Shown: one piece after another, positions 1 to 13,535 of the stretch | Layout of the letters: each line of letters begins with the position of its first letter | How positions within the stretch are numbered: the stretch's first letter is position 1 | Source of the DNA: Tubiluchus corallicola | Lineage: Eukaryota > Animalia > Priapulida | Assembly: GCA_030141605.1 (NCBI GenBank) | Contig: JAQGDQ010000122.1 | Span: forward strand, 62,001 to 126,000 | DNA length: 64,000 nt | Reading direction: 5' to 3' | The notes under the pieces: model-generated | Told to the model about the DNA's origin: nothing | The model's database searches: none | What the model saw: only the letters and a program-made list of their open reading frames with translations | Program-made: the position numbers and the translations under genes

Positions 1-443
1 CTAGTTGTTTCTGCTGTGTTCTAGTTACTAAGACGTCACTACTCCATTTAACAGACAGATTCAATACTTGTAACTTATGGTTTACACGCTATTGCTATCA
101 CTAATGTTGTACGGTGCCCTTGAAGTGAATCAATGAGCTCATCAAACCTCTTAAGTGACACTTAGGAGTAACGTAGCCAACAGCTCTGCGATTGTGAACG
201 AACTTGTAGGATCTATATTCTACAATCAATCAAATAAAGAGAAGAATGCGGGTAGTTCTAACATGTAAAAAGCATTTGTTTTAATCACTGAGTGAAGATA
301 GGGGCGTATTAAGACGTTAGGACGCCCTAGGCTGACAGTACTGTGACACTCATCTCTATTATGGATTTATGGTTATTTATACATGAAGCACAATACACAC
401 TTGTAGTGTATTACCAGCAATATTACCTATTAGTGTTTATTAC

Positions 444-446
<3 letters not shown>

Positions 447-476
<30 letters not shown>

Positions 477-491
477 CATATATATATATAT
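447..491. repeat. (TG)n/(TA)n microsatellite
   Basis: Directly visible. Confidence 0.95.
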
Positions 492-640
492 GCACATCGC
501 TTATAGGCTACCTAAAGCAGGCTGCAATGCTTGTTGTGTAGTACCTCTTATGAAATAATTGTACCTGTTTGTTATGTGGCACTGATATAGAAGAGTAACT
601 GCTTGTGGTGTATTACTCAATTACAGGTATCATGAAAATA

Positions 641-880
641 GAAAGATTCTCATTTTCCGAGAAGAATAACAATTTTGTAACACTGGGTCCCATCAAATGT
701 GGTTAATGCACAACCTAAACTCCGTGGTTGTTATATACACAGCAACATGCCATAAATGGACATGTTCAAATGGAAAAAATCTCATTTTCCGGAAAAGAAT
801 AAGAATTTTGTAACATTGGGTCCCAGAAAACATCAAATGCGATTGTAGCACAACTTGAACTCCCTGACTGTCACATACAT
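641..880. repeat. Diverged tandem duplication, period about 132 bp
   Basis: TCTCATTTTCCG..AGAATAA.AATTTTGTAACA.TGGGTCCCA occurs twice. Confidence 0.8.
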
Positions 881-3679
881 GTCATAGTAACACATGCATG
901 CAACTGTGTGGTTGTAAAAGTGGCTCTACACAATATGAATTAGCTATGACTACAGTGCAAGTTTTCCGTATGCACAAATAATATAAATCTGAGTGATAAT
1001 TAAAAAAACAGTTGCAGTAGAATTACTGTTCATGTGGACTGGCTAAAACTGTGATTTAAATTATTTACCCATAATATTGTATATATAATTGTTGTAAATG
1101 CAGTTACTTGTCGGTAAAATCATCACTTTCATCAACATCATTATAACATTAACTATGATTTCTGAGCATGTAACTGTTACACGTGTAATGGTTGTAGGCA
1201 TGACGGTGTGCATAATGTCAACTGCTAAGTTCCTCATAAAAGCAGCTTTACGGAAAAAACAAGAAGCAATTTTGCTTTCAAAAATTTCAACAATTCGCAT
1301 AAAATAGAAGAGTAGCGAGTATGAGGAATACTTGTATTTGTAACATGCAAAATCATCAAGTGCATGCAATTTTGTTGAGAATTTCAATGTGATATTGGAT
1401 AATACTGTAGAAACACACTCTGAGTGAAGCAATATTATTGCTATAACCTTAACAATTTAAATGTCATACTTAAAACTTCCCAGCTATAACCAGTTTATGC
1501 AGCAAAATGTAAATTCAATTCTGAGAAATGGCAGATTTCGAAGTAAACAATATTTTACTTGAATATATTTTCTAAAACTGTCAACAACGCCTCGACAACA
1601 GCTAGCAACAAACACACAGCAACCGTAATACATTCTCCGGCGGTTACTACGGGAATTTATTACTGCTGAGTTATTCATTTGAATAAAAATGCTAATGCCT
1701 TGAAAATAACTCATAAATCAAACTGATCTTGACAGACCAAATGCAGGGCGGGAATTTACACGTGACGTCACGTTTGCAGCGCCGCTTCGTGGATTGCATG
1801 TAAATTATGTAATTACAAATAACAGGCTAAATAAGTAATTAAGTGGAAATTACGCGAGGCGGCGCTATCCTCAGGAAACTCCGTGGTTATCCTGTAAAAT
1901 CCCAGGAAAATATCTTTAAGGACAAAAAACCTCAAATGCTTTATTATAGACAATAATTCAGACATGGAAGATTTAGTAAGCAAGTCGACATGAGCTGATT
2001 CCAACCCTTTCACGATTGGCTTGCCGATACTTTTACATTTTGTTACATTTTCAATTTTCTCACATGAATCTAAATTTTCATTTTTTTGTTACGTCTCCAT
2101 AGTTCTTCCTCGTTTTTCCACCAGTTACTCGTACACTTGCACATTTCTCTTTCCCTTGCCTTATTTGGGTCGGACCTGTAGAAGTTCCTAAATGACTTAT
2201 CACGCTGTAGCCATTTCATTGCATTTTCATCATTATCATCTCATCGTTTTTCTATAATTTTTAACTTTTTCTTCTTTTTTTACTTACATTACTTACTCAT
2301 ACCCTAATTTTACCCTCATGTCATCTGTTTTCATTGTGCACCTCTTTTATCCTGCCCCCTAACACCTAAGAACACACCATGCATTGCTGCTGAGTTTTCC
2401 AAGTTCCAGCTTTTAGCTCAGCTGCAAGCAATTACATCATTTGTTCACTAATAATTGTCTGCTTACTTGACAAGTAATTGTAGTAATTTTTGTTTTCAGT
2501 CTGTATAAATGTATGTAATACATATGATTATGTAATAGTAATAGTGTTTTTGTCTAATAAACAATAAATAAGTTAAGTTCAATTTTTATCCCATCGTCCA
2601 GATAATTAAAGACATTTAAGACATTAAGTATGCATGCTATGCTGATCTGTACAAAGTCATCTGTAAAGTACTGTACCTTGAGCAGTTTTTTAAGCTATGT
2701 AGATTTTCTAGTTTGTCATTTTATCACCATTTTTAGTCTATTGTTATTGGCTTAAATCAATATAACTATTAACAGATCAAATAACTCTCAGTTTTAAAAT
2801 TTTATTAGTTTTAAAGGCAGAAAATATTCTTGTATCCCACGGGATACAACGGGTATGAAAGGGTTAATATTAAACTTTATCATTTGCACTGTTTTATAAT
2901 TGCAATAGATCTTAGTTAGGCATTATTATTATGCCAAATAGAATAAAGAAAACCATCTACAAGTGCTAACAAAAAGTAGAGTGGAAACATTTGTAAAGGT
3001 ATTAATTTACCATTAAGGAAATTACCATTACTTCCGCTATTCAACCATAAAAACTGGATAGGAAATTGTCAAATTTCACACTTCCGGTTTCGTCAGCGAC
3101 GTCCCATTCCTATGATGCGAAATGACGTCGCCACGGTCAATAAACGCGAAGTGAAAACGTTCAAATTATGCAATGTTACGCACGAGTGAGCGCTCGGTCT
3201 GCATGTACGATGAGATAGTAAAATACGCATTTACGACAGCTTGGTATTGTATGCCGCCGACCTAGCTGCATTTAATTACCATATAATAAAGCTTGCGTGT
3301 GGAGTTACCAGAAAATAACGCCCCGTAAGTAAACGCACTCGTGGTAATTTGTCATTCAATTTACAGAAGTAACCAGGATTTTTATTATTAATAGCACTAC
3401 GTGAGCATAAAGCATTACTAAACCACAAAATATACAAACAGAAAGAATCTGTCAGTTCTTGAATGCGTTAACAGGATTAAGGATTGAGGAATTCAGATGA
3501 GGAACTATTGATATTACGTATGATCTGGCGCAGATAACAACGTGCAAGACTGCCGCTCGTCTTAGCTTGTCCTACATGTTTACAAGTTACTATGAGTTTG
3601 TCTTATTTGTAAACAAATGTCAGAAAAACATGACCTAGTTGTAACCACAGGGACACGGGATATGAAATTAACAATTAGA

Positions 3680-3971
3680 AAACTAGAATGATGGCTAACA
3701 ACAAAGGTGCAGACGCATGCCTTGACATGAAGACACTAAACCATGAATGCATGATGACTTGGTATGAGTTCATTTTGACATTCGTTTTGCTTTGACTTTG
3801 ACGTTTGACTTTTTGAACCCAAAATCAATGGATTCCAAACCTTACCAGACTTCTATTCATGTGCCAAGTTTGGTGATTACAGCTTTGATTTTGATTTTGA
3901 TCCTTTTTAATTTTATAGGTATTTTTTGCTTTGTGACCTTGACCTTTGGCCCTTTGAACCCAAAATCAATA
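3680..3971 (+). mobile_element. Degenerate interspersed repeat with TGACCTTGACCTTTG core (Helentron-associated/HINE-like)
   Basis: Starts AAACTAGA and has two TGAC(C/T)TTGAC..TTTGAACCCAAAATCAAT units around CATGTGCCAAGTTTGGTGAT. The family call is from recall. Confidence 0.4.
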
Positions 3972-4012
3972 GCAATCCAGCTCACATTATTTATCGTAAA
4001 AAACTCCACGTG

Positions 4013-4165
4013 TAATTAAATTTTGATATCAAACTCGAAAGACAGGAAATGTGAAAAGTTGGAACACAGCCTCATTTTGAACCAGGGACCATTTGCTCAC
4101 AAGGCCGGTGCTATAACCGCTAAGCCACTGTGTTTCCCGGTGATTATGACAGTCCAAAATTCATC
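4013..4165 (-). mobile_element. tRNA-derived repeat (SINE-like family A), minus copy
   Basis: Reverse complement of the 4223-4430 copy, with A/B-box-like segments. Confidence 0.7.
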
Positions 4166-4222
4166 CCTTATTCAGCTGGTCAACCACTTCAGCTTTTCCA
4201 GCATGAGCTAAAATGGTTTACC

Positions 4223-4430
4223 AGATATAAAGTGTAAACTTTGGACTGTCACAGTGGCCTGGTGGTTACGGCACCTGCCCCATATGCCAAAGGTCTCTGA
4301 TTCAAATCCAGGCTATGTTTCAACTTTTCGCACTTTCTGTCTTTCGAGTTTGATATCAAAATTTAATTAATAGTGGGTTTGTACTGTCATTATTGATAAA
4401 ACCTTGATATAAAGATTATAAATAATGAAC
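4223..4430 (+). mobile_element. tRNA-derived repeat (SINE-like family A), plus copy
   Basis: GTGGCCTGGTGGTTA (A-box-like), GATTCAAATCC (B-box-like), then CTGTCTTTCGAGTTTGATATCAAAA shared with other copies. Confidence 0.7.
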
Positions 4431-4739
4431 TAAAAAAGAGCTCATTTGGTTTTCTGCTGGTCAAGAGCTGACTGATCATCTATATGTTTTTTAATGTTCT
4501 TTAGTCGGACTCCTTGTCCAGTTACCAGTACTCCTCCCTTGTAACTTATAAACATATGTGCAGTACCTAGTTATTTTTTATTATTGCTCATAGGTTTTCT
4601 TAATCACATTTTTTTGCGAATTACAGGTTTTGCTTTGCAAATTTGAACTTGATTTTTGGGCACTCACAAACATTACGACAGTATCAAAATAATCTTTCTT
4701 AAGTAACATCTTTCTTTAAGTTAACCTGTGAGGATAAAG

Positions 4740-4881
4740 AAATTATTGTACAGTTGGTAGGTCGTGTTGTGTTTAGCGCTCGGGCTCGGACGGAAATCGG
4801 TCAGTTTCCTTTACCACGGATGACGTCCGTCTTCTCCGATATCCGGGCTAAGGGGGTCCGGTTTAACGAGGGTCGACTGTA
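4740..4881. mobile_element. One-ended pogo/Tigger-like fragment
   Basis: Ends GTCCGGTTTAACGAGGGTCGACTG-TA, the reverse complement of a TA-CAGTCGACCCTCG Tc1/pogo-type terminus. Confidence 0.45.
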
Positions 4882-5197
4882 TCACAATAATCTTTCTTAA
4901 GTAACATCTTTCTACCGTTTTGCTGCATCGATCTTTTTAGTTTCAAGTTTGGTCAGAGTCGATAAATAATTATTCATTTGTTCTTTTCTTGGTTTAATAC
5001 CTCACTGCTGCTATCTGTTTCACCACATGTATGTACGATATTAGTTATCATGACACACAGAGAATTTAAAATGTGCAATCGCAAAATGCATAATAATCAT
5101 TTAAAACTTTGAAATTAATTTTGCTAGTTGTCAGCAAAAATATTTCAAGAGTAATTCATCTCAGCATAAATTCATACGGCGCCCAGACGTCTGAAAG

Positions 5198-5717
5198 ATC
5201 AGAGCTTACTGTCAGCATATTCACAGACTTCTTAGGCCCATTTCACAGTGAGACTACAAGGAATCAGAGCTTACTGTCAGCATATTCACAGACTTCTTAG
5301 GCCCATTTCACAGTGAGACTACAAGGAATCAGAGCTTACTGTCAGCATATTCACAGACATCTTAGGCCCATTTCACAGTGAGACTACAAGGAATCAGAGC
5401 TTACTGTCAGCATATTCACAGACTTCTTAGGCCCATTTCACAGTGAGACTACAAGAAATCAGAGCTTACTGTCAGCATATTCACAGACTTCTTAGGCCCA
5501 TTTCACAGTGAGACTACAAGAAATCAGAGCTTACTGTCAGCATATTCACAGAAATCTTAGGCCCATTTCACAGTGAGACTACAAGGAATCAGAGCTTACT
5601 GTCAGCATATTCACCGACTTCTTAGGCCCATTTCACAGTGAAACTACAAGGAATCAGAGCTTACTGTCAGCATATTCACAGAAATCTTAGGCCCATTTCA
5701 CAGTGAGACTACAAGGA
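5198..5717. repeat. Minisatellite, 65-bp unit x 8
   Basis: ATCAGAGCTTACTGTCAGCATATTCACAGACTTCTTAGGCCCATTTCACAGTGAGACTACAAGGA repeated near-identically. Confidence 0.97.
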
Positions 5718-6006
5718 AAAATGACGCACGGAATTGCTGACAGAAAATCAGAAAATATTTGGAAAATTTCCGATTTTTCTCGAAATACCAAACAGCAAAA
5801 AGTTCGTTTCAGGGTTAAACAGCGAGGTGTTCTTCCGCCCGTCCAGTTAGCTGCAGCTACTTTGCGAGTTTTATACTGTATAACCAGATCTAAATCAAGT
5901 TATACTTGCCGCATTTCTCATATGCAAAGTGCAATTAATAATGTTAGTCAACGTAATGTTTGTTTTTGTTAGTAAAGCTCTACTAACCACTTCAAAATCT
6001 GAAAAT

Positions 6007-6045
<39 letters not shown>

Positions 6046-6533
6046 AAATAAATACATGCGTGCGTTATTTTTCTTTTTCACGACTATAGCCTTAACAAAA
6101 CACAAAATGACCAGTCTGTTAAAAGAAAGATTAAATCTTAGAATTTTATGCTTAAATGTTAATTGTTGGTCGTTAAATAACAAAGAAGTAATCGAGTAAC
6201 AAATCTGAAACTGGCGAGGATTCCTCACGAAAATGGAGCATGCGGTATTTCTGCCACGTGCCAAAATTCCTCACGAGGAGGATGCATATCTTCTAGCTGG
6301 CAGCAGAATTTCTCGCAATGAAATGAGCCATAGAAAACAATGTGTTCCATTTCGTGAGGAATGTCGCAAGGAATTTCTTCTCAACACATTTTGCTACGCG
6401 TCCTCAACGTGAAATGGGACGCAGAAGGTGACGCTGACGTGAAAAATACTATGAAAAGCGAAATTACGGAAAAATCTTCCACATCGTCGTACTTTTGGCA
6501 ACAACTACGTCACTTCGACACGTATCAACTCAC

Positions 6534-6574
6534 CTTTAACCCTTTACATCGAGTAGAATAACCACGGTACCACT
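6534..6574 (-). CDS. DOCK3/4: DOCK3/4-like exon 3, SH3 domain: (E)WYRGYSTRCKGLK; gene continues beyond the left edge
   Basis: 41-nt exon with TTTCTTTTTATTTCAG acceptor and AAG|GTGAGT donor, in phase with exon 2, encoding the WYRG SH3 motif. I did not find the next expected exon (GIFP..YIHLK) in 1-6533. Confidence 0.93.
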
Positions 6575-7316
6575 CTGAAATAAAAAGAAACATTGTATTA
6601 ACACTACTATCATATATTTGTATGTTTTACCTTACCATGCGTAGTGAACATCTGAAACAGTGTTATCTATACAGTAACCTATCTGTGCCGCCACAGCTGT
6701 TTTCGGTACCTGTATTCTTTAGTTTATTAAATACACTTGTCCTATAAAAATCCAACTGAGCTACTTTACAGAAGCGCATCAACAAAGAAAAACCTAGGGT
6801 AACAACCTGGATTTACTAACGGGACCTGACGAAGTTTAATTACTGCTGCCAAGCGCACACAGTAAATCATAATCATTTAACTCTTTCACTTCACCCAATA
6901 AACTCTCTTACAATCTGCCTTAGAAATAACTAGGTACCAGCTGCTGATTCAATCAAGTTTTATTGCAAAATGTTAAATTTAGCAACTGAATGAGTGAGTA
7001 GAGATGTCCACTGTCCACCACTGCGATGACCAGGTCAGCAATGTCTACTGTCCAGAGCTAGTTAGATCTGAGAATTGATCTCTAAATGAGTTTTGAACAG
7101 TCTGGTGGATCAACACATTAAGATGGTCGTGAGATGGGTAAGTATAAAGCAACTGATGAAAGTGGACTTTGAATATTAAACTAATGTTAACCTTTACTAG
7201 CGGGGTACAAATGTTTAACAGGTTCTCTTGACTACTCTAAACTAATTCTGACGATGTACTTTCTCAAGTCAGTCTACAGCAGTTTTGACTTTTTAGGAAC
7301 ATTCTCTATAAATTTC

Positions 7317-7518
<202 letters not shown>

Positions 7519-7654
7519 AAAATCTTTATTTAAAGTCGGCTTTTGGGTCAACAATTAACATTAGCTCAAAGAGCTATTATCGCCGACTGTAAATAACAAC
7601 CTACAACTACATAAGAGAGACTACTATTACCCCACTTTTACCATAAATACCACG

Positions 7655-7777
7655 CGTCAGGCAGGGCAACAGCAGGTACCATTTTTAAAGTCTTTGGTAT
7701 TACCCGGCCGCTGATTCGAACTCACGACCTCCTAGACGAAAAGCAGACGCATTACCACTAGACTATACCGTCTGGTC
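7655..7777 (-). mobile_element. tRNA-derived SINE 5' region (second family)
   Basis: TACCATTTTTAAAGTCTTTGGTAT..CCCGGCCG..ATTCGAACTCACGACC..TACCACTAGACTA; the reverse complement has A-box TAGTCTAGTGG and B-box GAGTTCGAATC. Confidence 0.75.
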
Positions 7778-8529
7778 AAATTTGGTCTTTCAATCAACAG
7801 ACTCATTGTCAATTGTCGAAATCTGCCGTGGAAAACATCGATTATCAAAAAGGGCTGTACAAAAATCTATTGCCAATGGTCAACTTAGAGTCTTAAAACA
7901 GAAATCTGTTCTAAAAAGCAGACGTTTCATTACCAAACGTTACTTTAAAGAAGTCTTTCCTAAGCAGTCTTTGAAAGCAGTGAGCAAATTCTATTTGAAA
8001 ACCTAAATTATCAAACGAAAAGTACTCTACGTACCGCTACGTACTGAAAATCTTATTAAAACAATTTGATTCAGCATCGAAACTGGTTTGAAAACATTGA
8101 ATCAATGGAGAGGCTGAGCTAGATAACTGCTGTCATCCATCAAAAATTGTTGATTGCCAAAGCAAGTCACTAACAGGCAGGACTAATCCGTGCTTCCAGA
8201 AGCTGGGAATTTGCTACGTTGACAGTTCCTCTGTTTGTAAATAACTCACCAGTTGTTGTAAATAATTCACAGATGGCTGACTGACTGTAGCTGTTGGATG
8301 TACCAGCTTTCAATGCTACTGGTGCAACAAAACAGCACCAGACACCAAACAGCTCACTGACACAAAACTCTAAGAAGGCAAGAACTTAAAAAGGCAATAC
8401 CAACAGTCAACCACGCCATACAGTACGTACTATTTTCTGCACTATAACAACACTTCTGTGCACTAACAACATTGTAATCATTTGCCATCGTCATTAATTA
8501 TCAAGCTCATACGTTAATAACCTTCATTT

Positions 8530-8665
8530 ATCATCAACATCATATCCACATCACCATCATCATCATCATTATCATCATCACCATCATCACCCGCATCATT
8601 ATAGTCATCATCGTCATCATCATCATTATCGTCGTAGTCGTCAACGTCGTCGTCGTCATTATCAT
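8530..8665. repeat. Imperfect (CAT)n/(CGT)n trinucleotide repeat
   Basis: Directly visible. Confidence 0.85.
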
Positions 8666-10014
8666 AATTCTCGTGTCATCACAGCAGCCATTATTACCAT
8701 AATCATATCAATCTAAAATTAATACAACCTGATTGTTACCCATGGTTATTGTCGTCACTATCTAATGATACTTCGATCAGAACATCAAAGCATATGGCTA
8801 CATATATCTTTAAACATCAACAACAAGACAAAAACAAAACAACAACAAGCAATCGATCTCCACTAATGACCTCTTCAGTACAATCACCATCGTTCGTTCA
8901 TTTTCACTACAGCTTCTGCTACATTGTCATCTCTAAAAATTCATGTTTTACCAGCTTCTATTAATAAGAGTTTTTGCAGAAAGTGGTCCAACAGAATTGA
9001 AAACACGTCCCTGTAATAACTGTATTGTACAAAGCATGTGGCTGTGAGAATCCATGGACAAACAGAGAAAATATTACAAACAACTGAAGCAAGTACGTCT
9101 TTAACAACACAAGGACATCAAACGCTTCAAAGTTGGAGGGTTTCAATTTCCTATTTGAAGGAGAAGAAACGCGACTTTGACCAATGACTCTGCTGATGGA
9201 AACTTTAGACAATTTAAGTGTTCATAGCCCACAATGCATTTAGGAGTTAATCAGCTTCTATATTTGCTCTTTCCATCAGAGCCATGAAGAGGAAACCAGA
9301 CTCTCACGGGGAAGCCCTCCCGCTCAATCAAGCAGCAAACAACTTCGTTAAATGTTCAGATTCACCAGGGTGACATTCATGTGACTGAAGACAAAACAGA
9401 GGACAATCTACTCAAAGAATGGAAAAGTTAAATACTTCAATGTAATTCAGAATCTCAGCCCTGAGGGCGCTGCAGTCGAATGAGTGCAGTTACATAGCTG
9501 AGATGTTATTGCAGCCATTATGAAACCAAACAGCTCGGGTTGCACATTAATGTGCGCCCAGTGGTTGCTCTTGTCTCACACGCTGAGAGTGAACATAATG
9601 TTGTAATTTAGCATAATAAACCGAGCAGTATTAAATAAACACGATATGGCAGCAAATAGTTGCGTGGGGGAAGAGATGGATAATATTCTGAAGACTTGAA
9701 TCTTCAAGACACAAAAGAATTACTTGGGACGAGCAGAATAGTTAACAGGTTGTGGTAACAAGTATGTGATTGGCCACGATAGTTAAGCAGCACCATACCA
9801 GATTAGTCAATGGACAGGTTATTGCTGAGAATACAAAAGGGCTTAGTTAATGTAAATAGCTGTGGCAGAACCGGAATCTAACTCACATTCAAGGATAATC
9901 CTTAATCTTGACAGTAACAGATTGAACAGGTAGAAATGTCTTGAAGATTGAGTAGGGAAAGGGGGCAATATGGCAGATGAAACCACCCAAAGACAGTTTT
10001 AGATGGCTGCCTGT

Positions 10015-10052
10015 CTTTGTACTGACCAGACAAAACGCTGCTTAACTTCGAC
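10015..10052 (-). mobile_element. 5S rRNA-like fragment (SINE3-like or 5S pseudogene remnant)
   Basis: The reverse complement CGAAGTTAAGCAGCG..GTCTGGTCAGTAC resembles the 5S internal control region. Similar pieces lie near 21520-21548 and 32588-32650. Confidence 0.4.
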
Positions 10053-10844
10053 TACTAGTCTCTCTCGAGGCCATTCACAGAGTCAACCAGTCACACATGT
10101 ACCCATTCAGCTGTTTAACTCGCCTAGCTGAAGAGCACTTTACTTTGCAAAAAAATGTTCGTTCCATTTACTGCATTTTTCCAATGTTAAAATTTCTCAC
10201 AGCAGAATATTGATTTTGCAAAAATTAAAGCCCTAATTTAACCCTTTGCTTCTTCCATCCATTTACACATCTGACAAATTACAAGGAACATATGGATACC
10301 CATCTGAGACAAAATTACTAACGTAATTAGGCAAAAGCGCTACACTGTGATTAAATACTGCAAGTCATTTGTTGGGCGAATTTATCCAGCGTTCGGCAAA
10401 CTAATAACGATGATTGCACAAGTGCGCGTGCGCACACGAGGAGGTGCAAGCACGGGGGTTACATACAAGTGTGCCCTTTCGTCTTGCAACCAACAGATAG
10501 AACTGCCTACCTTTGGTCAGTCTGTTATCGGTTCACATTTGTCTCTAATCAAAACTTCTATAGTTTCTCCCCCGCCTCGCCAGATGTCACTCCGTGTAAT
10601 AGATACATAAAAAACACTTAAAACCACAGCTGCAGTTGTTTATGTGAAATATCGCTGAGTGAAGAGATAGCTTCTCAAGTTTGTAACATGAGGTTAAGCA
10701 ACCCAGTAACCGCGAGACCACAAACAGCTTTGGCTTCTTATCAGTAAGAAATATAAAAAAGTTGGCAGTGCAAAAGTGACTGTAACCTAGGCTTCATCAA
10801 CTGTCTATAAATGAAAGTACGTGACTGAAGGTACTATCAATTTG

Positions 10845-11140
10845 AGAGTGGTTTCTGACTTGGCTTCACTTGCTTGCAAATTCTTGAGTAGAGATAATAC
10901 ATGATTTTCAAACATGTCGAAAAGGCATATAAAAACTAATCACAATGGTCTAGAAATAAACCATTAAAAGATGTTTATCTATTAAGTGACGGAAGAATTT
11001 GCTAGTTTGACAGTAGGTTCTGACCTGGTTTGGCTTGCTTGCTTGCTTGACCAGAGACAATGTATTATTTTCAAACATGGAAATCCATATCTAAATTAAT
11101 CAGAATTGTCCAGAGACAAACCATAAATAAATGTTATAGA
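10845..11140. repeat. Diverged tandem duplication, period about 165 bp
   Basis: TTCTGAC.TGG.TT..CTTGCTTGC...AGAGA.AAT....ATTTTCAAACATG...AAACCAT occurs twice. Confidence 0.7.
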
Positions 11141-11537
11141 TCTACTAACTGTTACGTGAACCCAGACACCGCTCAGTAAAAAATTGATTACCGAGTTTGG
11201 CTTCAATATGATTTCTTTGTTTCTCATGCAAACGCGGCAGCAAGAGGACGATGGCATGAGAAAATATGAAAACATTCAAAAGTTTGAATAAACAACTCTT
11301 TTCTAAAAAAAACTATCCTGTCGTCTGGTAGCCTTTCCCTTCCCCTCAAAAATATCTGGATAAACTAAGAATTTCAAATCCAAAGCATAAGGAGGGTGAA
11401 CTGAACAACATTGCAGTTGCAGTGCATGAAAAACTGAACTATACTGCGACTGCAATACACGAAATATGTTGAACAATGTTGCAGCTGCAATGCGTGTGTA
11501 ATAATGAACAATGGCTTGAATTTTGTAGCTTGCATTT

Positions 11538-11805
11538 GACGATGATGACGGTGACGACGATGATGGTGGTCATGATGGTGATGATCTTGGTAGTAATAAT
11601 GATGATGGTGATGACAATGATGATAAAAATGATGATGATGGTGGTGGTGGACGTGGTGACGATCGTGGTAGTGATAATGATGATGGTGATGACAATGATG
11701 ATGAATATGAAGGTGGTGGTGGTGATGATGATTACCACGACAAAAATCGAAGATGCTCTACTAGCTGGTAGTGATAATGATGATGATGGTGCTGATGATG
11801 ATTAC
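11538..11805. repeat. Imperfect (GAT)n/(GGT)n repeat
   Basis: Directly visible. Confidence 0.9.
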
Positions 11806-13204
11806 GACGAAAAAAGTCTACAATGGTCTAGCTGTAATGTGTGAAGCCTGAAATTGCTTCTTGTCGCCGTAAGCCAGTAGCTGCAGCGTTATAAATCAAA
11901 GATCGAGAAATGGATCTCGCAAAACTGAACGTTCCAGGAAGTCAAAGGAAACATGCTGCTGACTTTTCCACAGGCTACCAGACAAGCAGCTAGTCAATAT
12001 GTCAGTTCCATTTAGTCATCAACAGAACTGCTCAATCAAAAGTGATTTAGATTATTATTAAATCTACTCAGTTTAGATTACAAAATCGACAAAAGATCAC
12101 CGCTGCTTGACATGTCCCAAAGTGCAATACACTTGGGGCGGATCCATGATCAGTAAAACCAGAAAACTGCTCCCAGATGAAAAAAGCCACATTTGAGACT
12201 AGTAAAGAGAAGCGTCCATTTCTTTCCACTTTCAAATAGAAAAGTGTAATTTTTAACCTCCAATGGGCTTTCCTTTCTTGAGTGTGAAAAAAGCATGTCA
12301 AGCACCCTCCGCATGGATACTCATTTCAATTAGTAGAAGAAGCCCGGGTTCTTTTCTAACAACATTTCCGGCTCTCGAGTTCTCAAACAAGCACTGACCG
12401 CAGCTAATGGCTGCCAACTAAAATATGACTAATATCACGTCTATGACGCATCGCCGAGGCCACAGTTAATACTCAACTGATTGATGTTCGATTTTAACTA
12501 ATTATACATGAGCCGAGAAGTCTCCGGGGGCGGGAAGGCAGGCGGCTGATGGAACACTTGTCATAACGTTATGAAAGAACCCACACAGGATGACAATATA
12601 AATCCACTCCCATCTGATGATTTTATACATTATTAATTGCTTCCAGATAGCAATCAGCACATAATATGTAAATTCTATATCTAATATATTGATTTTTTCT
12701 AAAGCTTGCCCAATCAAAATATGGCTACTTTATAGACGTATGTTTCTAAACAAACACATGCCTAGTTATTAACCTCTTTAATGCACTCGAAGTTAATTCT
12801 TTATTATTAGGAACCTAATAAATGAATTTGATGCCTGTAAAAAGAACACACAACAGATGGTATGCACCAAATTGGTCTAAATTATTCATCATAACCTGGT
12901 AGCACCTATAATAAGCTATGCTACATTTTAAATCACAAAATCCATAAGCACGTTAAAGATATGACTGCCAGGCAAATATTTTATTGCGTGAAATTTTAAA
13001 TTAATGCCGGCCTGCATTACAGGCTCATAATGAAAATACTGCTTATGATAATGAGTGCGTTTATGAAGAGGTTTTGACCTTTACCAATTCCGCAAGTTCG
13101 AAAAATTCCATAATCACGTCTCACGCTAACAAGAGAGCGACAGACTATCAATAAAACTGCGGACTGAAGCTTCGGGTTTAGCAGTAGGTTCTGTAGAATA
13201 CAAA

Positions 13205-13535
13205 CAATGTTGCAGTTGCAAGTATTTGAACTGGCAGAGTATGAGCACTTTTGCAGCTGTGAACTAAATGTTCAAACGATATTGCAATTTTGCAATTGCA
13301 GTCCATACAGAATGAGAATAATTTTGCAGTTGCAAGTATCTGAACTCGCAGAGTATGAGTACTTTTGCAGCTGTGAACTAAAAGTTCAAATGATATTGCA
13401 ATTGCAGTCCATACGGAATGAGAACAATGCTGCAGCTGCAGAGTGCAAAAAGCACACAATGTTGCAGTTGCAGTGGTTGAACTTGAAAAGTATGAACAGT
13501 GCTGCAGTTGTGAAGAGTACAAATGATACTGCAAT
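13205..13535. repeat. Diverged tandem repeat, about 114-bp period, rich in TTGCAGTTGCA
   Basis: TTGCAGTTGCAAGTAT.TGAACT.GCAGAGTATGAG.ACTTTTGCAGCTGTGAACTAAA recurs; a related motif lies at 11405-11530. Confidence 0.8.

Noticed and set aside
4252-4320. Functional tRNA genes here and near 20215, 21140, 32270, 42560, 43290
   Set aside because: A/B-box remnants without a convincing cloverleaf, embedded in repeat bodies; treated as SINE-like.
5198-5717. CRISPR-like appearance of regular repeats (also 49110-50688)
   Set aside because: Pure tandem units with no unique spacers, no cas genes, and a eukaryotic context.
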